Source: an uncultured virus (IMG/VR IMGVR_UViG_3300034062_006335)
Taxonomy: Duplodnaviria > Heunggongvirae > Uroviricota > Caudoviricetes
IMG/VR virus record: IMGVR_UViG_3300034062_006335
DNA: 20,000 nucleotides
Reading direction: 5' to 3' (one strand)
A program made the translations under genes and the position numbers. This document shows, piece by piece, positions 9,001-15,414 of this stretch. Within the stretch, counting starts at the first letter, position 1, and every line of letters starts with the position of its first letter. Under the pieces are notes generated by a model, which did not search any database, was not told the DNA's origin, and was given only the letters and a program-made list of their open reading frames with translations.

Positions 9001-9301
9001 AACCAGATAATCCAAGTACTCTTGTTACAAATAATTGATTTGATTGTGTTAAATATGATTTAGCGATATAACCTAATTCATATTTTGGAATTTGTGTGTT
9101 TACAAATTTTTCAGGACTAGTACCTCCAAAATAAGTGGTAAACTCATCAAAATTTGTTATGAAAATTGGTTCAAATGCAGGACCACGAAGTGTCTCTCCT
9201 GCTAAACCTAATGTAGTAACCCCAACACTTTGAGCTACAAATGTTAAATCTCTTTCTGAAGTATAAACTCCTGGCGAAACGAATATTTTATTAGATGCCA
9301 T
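6068..9301 (-). CDS. Contractile tail sheath protein (T4 gp18-like)
   Basis: N-terminal FVSPGVYTSERD, GPAFEP. C-terminal ATYYPW, PWFASAGYTRG, INPIATF..G.VIWGNKTLQ...SALDRINVRRLL, FEQND, IKPTRALEYI.IEF. Confidence 0.96.
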   Translation of the reverse strand: MASNKIFVSPGVYTSERDLTFVAQSVGVTTLGLAGETLRGPAFEPIFITNFDEFTTYFGGTSPEKFVNTQIPKYELGYIAKSYLTQSNQLFVTRVLGLSGYDAGPSWSITTIANPNPSTMTATGTTGPLGITFTGTTGGTITFTSSIPGAINVNGSFYNTYTQFDGGTSSVNQDLQTYVTNRISSFAISASTSGNTALFWGSVSSSTFNSVTSVSTNGTGTITSYSETFGVGNLTGATASSLSAQTTNDPWYYALFDYTHNPPNNSYYGVGFGVAMSGISSTPVSGVYSGTVAVYTTNYSGSPYSEYDEVVVATLRSRGISTFSSTQHGPLFQVSATTGVTMVCSGKYSGVTKNPKLTFLITGTTYQNTNFSFETSMNSLSPNFLRKVFGGSNFGKSRTDVPIFVEETYSSLLNYGYNEGKIRGLYCDLVELPGVTDSTNLNYSDSIAFYLEQYQTPKTPYLVSELRGSRVFNLFRFVLISDGNAANTLVKISIANISFNNLTFDVLVRDFYDTDSNVVVLESFRGCTMNPSQNSFIAKKIGTSNGEYQVRSKYVMLEMNNDAPIDSLPCGFEGYISREYANATPPFVPYKTVYYKPNELIYDPPFGTTSGFNNEQRSSGESPRFAYLGISNGVGFDYDFFQYKGKQIPNNLATATTGDEWGYKTKGFHLDSGATIVTISSAYATSGESAFYVGRGSFDSEPTNVSDTYYNLNTRKFTVLPYGGFDGWDIYREYRTNGDTFALGQTGFMNGAASSVTYPTATGWGAFKPISGPNQENWANTDYYAYRWGQDTFANPERTNINVFATPGIDYVNNSNLVEDAIEMVQFDRADSLYVCTTPDFNLFLPSYDDISEGLIFPTEAVNNLEQTGIDSNYTATYYPWILTLDSVSNTQLYIPATSEVVRNFALTDNIAFPWFASAGYTRGLVNAIRARRNLTQDDRDTLYKGSINPIATFNDVGTVIWGNKTLQVRESALDRINVRRLLLQARKLISAVAVRLLFEQNDAKVRQDFLDSVNPILDQIRRDRGLIDFRVQVSNTPEDLDSNTLTGKIFIKPTRALEYIDIEFVITPAGASFDDL

Positions 9302-9308
9302 GTTAAAT

Positions 9309-9367
9309 GTAAAGTTTTTTCTTTTATTTTATATATAAATACAATAATAAATTGTAAAAAACTTTAC
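9309..9367. repeat. Perfect 12-bp inverted repeat bracketing the sheath promoter
   Basis: GTAAAGTTTTTT (9309-9320) and AAAAAACTTTAC (9356-9367), 35-nt spacer. Confidence 0.8.
9334..9341 (-). promoter_or_regulatory. Putative late promoter TATTTATA (sheath)
   Basis: GTATTTATA on the coding strand, 32 nt upstream of ATG 9301. Confidence 0.65.
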
Positions 9368-9436
9368 TACAAACCAATATTTATTTCTAAGTAAGAAAAA
9401 ATTCTACCTTTTTTCTGCCTAATGAAAATTAACATA

Positions 9437-9586
9437 ATGAAAAAAATTAAAAACTTAAAAATTTCAGAGGAAACCCATCAAATCCTAAAAAAGTATTGCG
9501 AAGTGAATGGATTAAAGATGTATAAATTTTTGGAAAGTTTGATTAAAAAAAATTGTGAAAAGAAAAAAGACTTGTATGGTGAATAA
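9437..9586 (+). CDS. Small ribbon-helix-helix-like DNA-binding protein (not in ORF track; alternative ATG 9422)
   Basis: MKKIKNLKISEETHQILKKYCEVNGLKMYKFLESLIKKNCEKKKDLYGE*: alternating beta strand KNLKI, helix, Gly turn, helix. Stop abuts the convergent gene at 9587. Confidence 0.8.
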   Translation: MKKIKNLKISEETHQILKKYCEVNGLKMYKFLESLIKKNCEKKKDLYGE

Positions 9587-10822
9587 TTAAACCAAATACG
9601 CAACTGTTTTTATTACAGAAGTTTGCGTAATAAGTTTTTTAAAAGCATTAACAACCAAAGTATCACCATCATTTATTTGGATGACTGATAAATTATCACC
9701 TACGTAGTTACCATTTATAAAAACCGAAAACGAGTCGTTACAAACCGAACTTGTTGTTGATATGGTTACTCCCGTTGGGTTAGAAAAAGATGGTATTGTT
9801 CCGCCTTGAACACAATATGTCGATGATGTTCCTGATGTAATACCTGAAATTGATATTGGAATACCATTACACCCCGTAAAGTTTAAATTGTTTGATGTAT
9901 TAGATGTAAATGAAAAATTGTAACAACTTACCAAATTTTCAACTCCCGAAACTTTTAAATCAACCGTATATCTAAAAACTTCAGACAGAGTGGTAACGCC
10001 GGGGAGAAAAGTCAAATCCAAATCAAAAAAATCGGGTCTTGGTGGTTGTTGTTGAACTCTTCTTGATTTGTTAATTGTATCCACTTCAAACATCGAAAGT
10101 TGTCTAGTAATCGCTGGTGAAACTTCAAACTCATCTTCATCAATCAACAAACCTTTCATGATAAAAGTATAACTTATGATATAGTATTTTCTTTTTCCTA
10201 TGTCTTTTGCTGACTCATCAGCAACACTTTCCATTATTAATGGAATATAATGTCCCTTTATTTGTCTATAAGCTTGCTTTGATGTAAATTTTTCCATAAC
10301 AATTTTATTGAACTCGTTAAGTTCTCTCATTCTGTTACAAAATATTTTTACATTATATGTAATGTCGACAGGAATTGGTTGTGGTATTTTATAAACGTCA
10401 GCCCCTTTTCTTTGACCATCCCATGTTGGGACCGAATAATAAAAAAATTGTCTTCTGTTTGGAATATTTGCAGCTCCTCCCTGAAATGTTCCATATTTAA
10501 CTTCAGGAGTTCTTACTGTTGCAATAAATGGTAAGGATATATTTTTGTCTAAATCTTGAAAGTCCCATGTTTCAGTAAACTGAGACCAGTTTTGATTTGT
10601 AATAATTCTATCTACGGTTGGTACGACCTTTTCTTCCATTACAAGTTTTAGGTCTTCTTTTACAAAATCCAACATACCTCTATCCAAATCTGCATGTAAA
10701 ACGCCTTTAGGTAAATAAGTACCATAGTCAGTAATATCATCAAGCATTTCTTGACGCCTTTCTCGACCTACCTTTTCAGGTATTAATGGTAATGAATTTT
10801 TAACTTTTTTTGGTAATGCCAT
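9587..10822 (-). CDS. Putative tail terminator / sheath-stabilizer (T4 gp15-like) with C-terminal extension
   Basis: Lies between neck gene and sheath. LPFIATVR, PQPIPVDITYNVKIF, ELNEFN, YTFIMKGLL resemble tail-completion proteins. Confidence 0.55.
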   Translation of the reverse strand: MALPKKVKNSLPLIPEKVGRERRQEMLDDITDYGTYLPKGVLHADLDRGMLDFVKEDLKLVMEEKVVPTVDRIITNQNWSQFTETWDFQDLDKNISLPFIATVRTPEVKYGTFQGGAANIPNRRQFFYYSVPTWDGQRKGADVYKIPQPIPVDITYNVKIFCNRMRELNEFNKIVMEKFTSKQAYRQIKGHYIPLIMESVADESAKDIGKRKYYIISYTFIMKGLLIDEDEFEVSPAITRQLSMFEVDTINKSRRVQQQPPRPDFFDLDLTFLPGVTTLSEVFRYTVDLKVSGVENLVSCYNFSFTSNTSNNLNFTGCNGIPISISGITSGTSSTYCVQGGTIPSFSNPTGVTISTTSSVCNDSFSVFINGNYVGDNLSVIQINDGDTLVVNAFKKLITQTSVIKTVAYLV

Positions 10823-10824
10823 TT

Positions 10825-11340
10825 TTAAATTCCTCTAAATTCGTCATCAACAACAGGTGCCGCAACAATTGACCGATAAAATGGTCTATAACCACCGTAT
10901 GTGTGTTTATTGTCTGACACTACACGACCATCGTCAACAACACTAAAATATCTCACTTTTGATTCTGTTTCGTAATAACCAATATAGTCCCCATAAGAAA
11001 TATCAATTTCTAAATTGTCCAATTCTTTTTGATAAACACCAATTTTTAAATTACCTGGTTCGCTTTGTGTTAATTTAGAATTTCCATAATCAGTATTAGT
11101 TGGTGCCTCTATTTGTACGTAACCTTTAAATTCAATTGGAGCTAAAAACTGTATTCCATCTGATAAAGTTTCACCATAAACATCGTCGTTGTTTGTTTTC
11201 TGCTTATCCACTCTATATAAGACCAAAGTAAAATTCATATCACCACCTAACCATTCTTCACCCATGGAAATATCTAAATCAAAATCTTCTTCAGAAAAAA
11301 ATTTGTTTAGTCTTGTTATAGGAACTCTTGGTTGTGTCAT
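10825..11340 (-). CDS. Putative head completion / neck protein (T4 gp14-like)
   Basis: 171 aa; LVLYRVD...T..DDVYGE, LDNLEIDISYGDYIGY pattern; adjacent to gp15-like gene. Confidence 0.6.
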   Translation of the reverse strand: MTQPRVPITRLNKFFSEEDFDLDISMGEEWLGGDMNFTLVLYRVDKQKTNNDDVYGETLSDGIQFLAPIEFKGYVQIEAPTNTDYGNSKLTQSEPGNLKIGVYQKELDNLEIDISYGDYIGYYETESKVRYFSVVDDGRVVSDNKHTYGGYRPFYRSIVAAPVVDDEFRGI

Positions 11341-11343
11341 ACT

Positions 11344-11351
11344 TATAAATA
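11344..11351 (-). promoter_or_regulatory. Putative late promoter TATTTATA (gp14-like gene)
   Basis: GTATTTATA-AGT-ATG, only 3 nt before the start codon. Confidence 0.6.
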
Positions 11352-11353
11352 CT

Positions 11354-11387
11354 TTGATTGATTTTTTCTTGAATTTTATTATATTTT
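11354..11387 (+). promoter_or_regulatory. Possible host-type early/middle promoter for the helicase
   Basis: TTGATT-N17-TATTAT; also readable as Bacteroidota-like TTG-N19-TATATTTT. Back-to-back with the late motif in a 55-bp divergent gap. Confidence 0.45.
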
Positions 11388-11395
11388 AATATACT

Positions 11396-13159
11396 ATGGA
11401 AGATTTTGTGCCCAAAACACCCGAATCAAAAGCTCTTTTAATATTAGATGATTACGAAGGGTCAAATAACTATATCCTTAATTTAAAACACAAAAAAGAG
11501 AATAGTAAGTCTTTCGTACCTACAAGACCGCAGGCGGATTATATCAATAATTATAACACAACACAACCAAAAGTTGCAAAAAAATGGGTTAAGTTAGATT
11601 CATATTTTGGTAAAAAACTTATGGAAGATAAAATGTATACCAAAGAACCTTCTGAAATTTATGTTGAAAAGTTGTTAGTCGAAAAGGATAAGGCGTATCA
11701 TATTTGGGGTAAAATCTTTTCAGGTGAAACTTTACACGACTTTTGGATGCCAAAATCAGCATTACTAAAAGATAATGAAGTTAAAAACATTTCAATTGAT
11801 TACAACAAGTATACCCATAGACCACCTATGGAGCATCAAAAAGAGGCAATCGAAAAACTCGTAAGAAATAAAAAGTTTATCTTGGCGGATGATATGGGTC
11901 TTGGTAAAACAACATCGACTATTATTGCCGCTTTAGAAACGGGAGCTAAAAAAGTTTTAATTGTGTGTCCTGCATCTTTGAAAATAAATTGGCAAAGAGA
12001 GATTGCAAATTATTCAGATAGGTCTGTTTATATTGCAGAGGGTAAGAAATTTTCAGATGAACATGATTTTGTTATTGTGAACTACGACATTTTAAAAAAT
12101 TTCCATGACACCAAAGAAAAAGATAAATCAGAAATAATGAAGATTAATTTTGATTTAGTAATCATGGATGAAGCGCATATGATTTCTAATCCACAAGCCC
12201 AAAGAACAAAAATTGCCAACGACATTGCAAGTAAATCAAATAGAGTTTGGTTATTATCAGGAACACCTATGACCTCTCGACCTATGAATTATTATAATTT
12301 ATTAAATCTTGTTGATAGTCCTGTGGCAATGAACTGGATGGCATATGCTAAAAGATATTGTAACGGATTTCAATTTAGTGTTGGAAAAAGAAAGGTGTGG
12401 AACGTTACAGGAGCATCTAATCTTGATGAATTAAGAGAAAGAACCTCAACACACATTCTAAGAAGATTAAAAGAAGAAGTTTTGGATTTACCTGAAAAAA
12501 TTATTACACCGGTTTATTTAAGACTCAAATCAAAAGACTACGAAGAATTAATGGGTGAATATTTTGATTGGTATGACCAAAACCCTGAAGAGTCATCGTC
12601 ACTTACAATTCAGTTTGGTAAACTAATGAAAGTAAGAAAAGTAATCGCACAAGAAAAAATTAATAACACAATCGAGTTAGCAGAAAACATTATAGAACAA
12701 GGTAAAAAGGTTATTATATTTACAAACTTTACCGACACACTAAATCAAATATATAACCACTTTGGTAAAACTGCAGTTTATTTAGATGGTAGTTGTTCTA
12801 AGTTCCACAGACAAAATTCGGTTGATGAATTTCAAACAAACGATAAAATCAAAGTATTTGTTGGAAACTTAAAGGCTGCTGGTGTTGGTATTACTTTAAC
12901 ATCGGCGGAAGCGGTAATCATGAATGATTTATCTTTTGTACCTGCAGAACATTCACAAGCAGAAGACAGGTCACACCGTATTGGACAAAAAAATTCAACA
13001 TCAGTTTATTACCCTCTTTTTGAAAACACAATTGAAGGTGCAATTTACGACATATTAAATAGAAAAAAGAAAATTATCTCAACAGTAATGGGTGACGATA
13101 TGTTTGATGACGCATCCACAATAGAAGAAATGTTAAACATGATTTCTGTCAACCGATGA
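11396..13159 (+). CDS. SNF2-family helicase/ATPase (SMARCAL1/ZRANB3-like)
   Basis: ILADDMGLGKT (motif I), VCPASLKINWQREI, MDEAH (II), LSGTP (III), AAGVGITLT (V), QAEDRSHRIGQ (VI). Confidence 0.95.
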   Translation: MEDFVPKTPESKALLILDDYEGSNNYILNLKHKKENSKSFVPTRPQADYINNYNTTQPKVAKKWVKLDSYFGKKLMEDKMYTKEPSEIYVEKLLVEKDKAYHIWGKIFSGETLHDFWMPKSALLKDNEVKNISIDYNKYTHRPPMEHQKEAIEKLVRNKKFILADDMGLGKTTSTIIAALETGAKKVLIVCPASLKINWQREIANYSDRSVYIAEGKKFSDEHDFVIVNYDILKNFHDTKEKDKSEIMKINFDLVIMDEAHMISNPQAQRTKIANDIASKSNRVWLLSGTPMTSRPMNYYNLLNLVDSPVAMNWMAYAKRYCNGFQFSVGKRKVWNVTGASNLDELRERTSTHILRRLKEEVLDLPEKIITPVYLRLKSKDYEELMGEYFDWYDQNPEESSSLTIQFGKLMKVRKVIAQEKINNTIELAENIIEQGKKVIIFTNFTDTLNQIYNHFGKTAVYLDGSCSKFHRQNSVDEFQTNDKIKVFVGNLKAAGVGITLTSAEAVIMNDLSFVPAEHSQAEDRSHRIGQKNSTSVYYPLFENTIEGAIYDILNRKKKIISTVMGDDMFDDASTIEEMLNMISVNR

Positions 13160-13167
13160 TATTTATA
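13160..13167 (+). promoter_or_regulatory. Putative late promoter TATTTATA (SOD)
   Basis: GATATTTATA right after the helicase stop, 19 nt before ATG 13187. Confidence 0.6.
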
Positions 13168-13186
13168 TATCAACAAGTTGAACTTT

Positions 13187-13900
13187 ATGAAAAAATCAAT
13201 ATATGACATATTTTCAAGAAAAATAGATATCATAGAATCTCATCTGAAAGTAGAGTCCAGTAAAAAACAAAAAATTATTTCTGAAATAAAAAAAATTAGT
13301 GTAGATAAACTACCATATAGTTATGATTCATTAGGTGGGTTTATTGATGATGTCACTATGAAAACACACTACAACAAACACTACAAAGGTTATGTTGAAA
13401 AGTTGAATGTTGAGTTAGAAAAAATTAAAGGAAAAGATTTAGAACTCGAGGAAATAATTTTAAAAATTTCAAAGTTTAATACAACAGTAAAAAATAATGG
13501 TGGAGGAGCTTTCAATCACGCACTTTTTTGGAAAATGTTATCCCCAAAAAAAACAACATTAAAAAACCCACTAAAAGGTAAAATCGAAAGTTCATTTGGT
13601 ACATTCGAAAAGTTTAAAGAAAAATTCGAAGAAGAAGCGAAAACAAGATTTGGTTCGGGTTGGGTTTGGTTAATTCTAACAAAACAAAATAAATTAAAAA
13701 TTGTCACAACGGCAAATCAAGATAATCCTTTAATGAATACGGAAAAAGAAAATGGTTATCCCATTCTTGGGTTAGATTTGTGGGAACACGCATATTATCT
13801 TAAATACAAAAATAAAAGAGACGAATATATTTCTAATTTTTGGAAAGTTGTTAATTGGGATTTTTGTAATGAACTTTTCGAATCTCAAACAAAAAAGTAA
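13187..13900 (+). CDS. sodA: Fe/Mn superoxide dismutase, Mn-type signature, with N-terminal extension
   Basis: LPYSYDSL, TMKTHYNKHYKGYV, NNGGGAFNHALFW, FGSGWVWL, TANQDNP, LDLWEHAYYL; all four metal ligands present. ATG 13187 preferred over TTG 13178. Confidence 0.95.
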   Translation: MKKSIYDIFSRKIDIIESHLKVESSKKQKIISEIKKISVDKLPYSYDSLGGFIDDVTMKTHYNKHYKGYVEKLNVELEKIKGKDLELEEIILKISKFNTTVKNNGGGAFNHALFWKMLSPKKTTLKNPLKGKIESSFGTFEKFKEKFEEEAKTRFGSGWVWLILTKQNKLKIVTTANQDNPLMNTEKENGYPILGLDLWEHAYYLKYKNKRDEYISNFWKVVNWDFCNELFESQTKK

Positions 13901-13920
13901 AATAATATTATTTGAAAAGA

Positions 13921-13928
13921 TATTTATA
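13921..13928 (+). promoter_or_regulatory. Putative late promoter TATTTATA (neck gene)
   Basis: GATATTTATA 12 nt upstream of ATG 13941. Confidence 0.65.
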
Positions 13929-13940
13929 TAATAAAACATT

Positions 13941-15062
13941 ATGTCAACAACAGTAATTATTAACGAACCTGAAAGAAGTAAACTTTATAAAAGAATAAGA
14001 AATCTTTTAGGTGCTCCTTTGAGAGGTGTTGAGTTGGATGATGAGATGATGGACTCATTACTTGAACTCTCTATTGAAGACTATGAACAACACATTCAAG
14101 ATTGGTTAATTGAGTCTCAGTGGACAAGTGTTTATGGATTAAATTTAGATGAACAATCTGTAACAAGAGCCCTTACTGTTCGAGATATGAAATGGGAAGA
14201 CTCTTACACTTATGCATATTCTAAAATTGTAGGTTTACAAGCAGGAGGTGATTGGGTACTTAAAAAAGATTATATTGACTTAGTACCAAACCAACAAATA
14301 TATGAAATACCCGCAGGTCGCGAGCTTAATGAGTTATTGTGGTTTGCAAGACCTGAATTGGATGCCGCATACTTTGACCCGTTTATGGGTGGATTTGGAG
14401 GTTTTGGTGGTATCGGTTTAGGTGGTGGTGCTGGTTTTTCACAAATGGGGACAACCGGTAACTATTTCATTACACCCGCATTTGATATTCTTTTGAGAAT
14501 GGCGGACATTCAAATGAAAAGAAGAATCATTACCGGTGATTTAACTTACAGAGTTACCGCACTACCTGAAGGTAAAAAGGCGATTCACTTGATGAATGTA
14601 CCTGGTGGTAAGTTTGATTTTGGAAACATGAGAAGAAACGAATATCGAGTTTGGTATTGGTACTACGATACTTACGATAGAGAAGATTGTTTAGAGGCGA
14701 ACCCTGATGTTGTAAGACTTCCTTCAGACATACCTTTAGAAAAACTAAGATGGGATAAAATTAACGCACCTGCAAAAACTTGGGTGAGAAGATGGTTTAC
14801 GGCTTATTGTAAAGAAACTTTAGCAAGAGTAAGAGGAAAATTTAGTGGGAACTTAAAAACACCCGATTCTGAATTAACTTTAGAATATCAGTCTTTACAA
14901 ACTGAAGCGAAAGACGAAAAAACAATGTTATGGGAAGAACTCAAAGCTAGGTTAGAAAGGTTAAGACCTGAAAAAATGATGGAACAAAAAGCATTACAGG
15001 CTGAAAATCTAAACAAGTTATTAAAATTCAGAGCATTTACTAGTCCGTACAATGTGATATAA
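13941..15062 (+). CDS. Neck / head-tail adaptor protein (T4 gp13-like)
   Basis: N-terminal RNLLGAPLRGVELDDEM; C-terminal WVRRWFTAYCKETLARVRGKFSG...P..ELTL...L..EAK.E...L.EEL. Confidence 0.8.
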   Translation: MSTTVIINEPERSKLYKRIRNLLGAPLRGVELDDEMMDSLLELSIEDYEQHIQDWLIESQWTSVYGLNLDEQSVTRALTVRDMKWEDSYTYAYSKIVGLQAGGDWVLKKDYIDLVPNQQIYEIPAGRELNELLWFARPELDAAYFDPFMGGFGGFGGIGLGGGAGFSQMGTTGNYFITPAFDILLRMADIQMKRRIITGDLTYRVTALPEGKKAIHLMNVPGGKFDFGNMRRNEYRVWYWYYDTYDREDCLEANPDVVRLPSDIPLEKLRWDKINAPAKTWVRRWFTAYCKETLARVRGKFSGNLKTPDSELTLEYQSLQTEAKDEKTMLWEELKARLERLRPEKMMEQKALQAENLNKLLKFRAFTSPYNVI

Positions 15063-15072
15063 TTTTTATATT

Positions 15073-15414
15073 ATGTCCATATATAAATCAATACCGACAA
15101 AGTTAATCAAAAAAACAAAATCACAAGAAATAAAAATGTTGGAGGATTATGTAATTGTAACTGAAGAAAACTACGAAACTCAAGGAGAAAAATATGTCTT
15201 AGTTAAAGAAGTCGAATTTTGTAATTTAAAACTTAATGAAGAAAAAAATTCATATGTCGTTATTAAGTCTATGACTAATTTGAATGTTTACTCAGATTTA
15301 CAAATTGACGAAGAATTTGATGTGGTAGAAATGCAAAAAGGAGCTTGTGTTGAATTTAAAAAAATTGGTGATTATTGGTACATACTTTCCTCTGATGGAT
15401 TAAAAAACTCTTAG
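15073..15414 (+). CDS. Hypothetical protein, beta-rich (possibly virion)
   Basis: 113-aa ORF following the neck gene, ending GACVEF..IGDYWYILSSDG. Its TAG overlaps the convergent polymerase TAA (15411-15414). Confidence 0.7.
   Translation: MSIYKSIPTKLIKKTKSQEIKMLEDYVIVTEENYETQGEKYVLVKEVEFCNLKLNEEKNSYVVIKSMTNLNVYSDLQIDEEFDVVEMQKGACVEFKKIGDYWYILSSDGLKNS

Noticed and set aside
1533..11340. Bacterial contractile injection system (eCIS/tailocin) instead of a phage
   Set aside because: Head-joining neck proteins, a phage-type PolB and the lack of cellular housekeeping genes favour a phage genome
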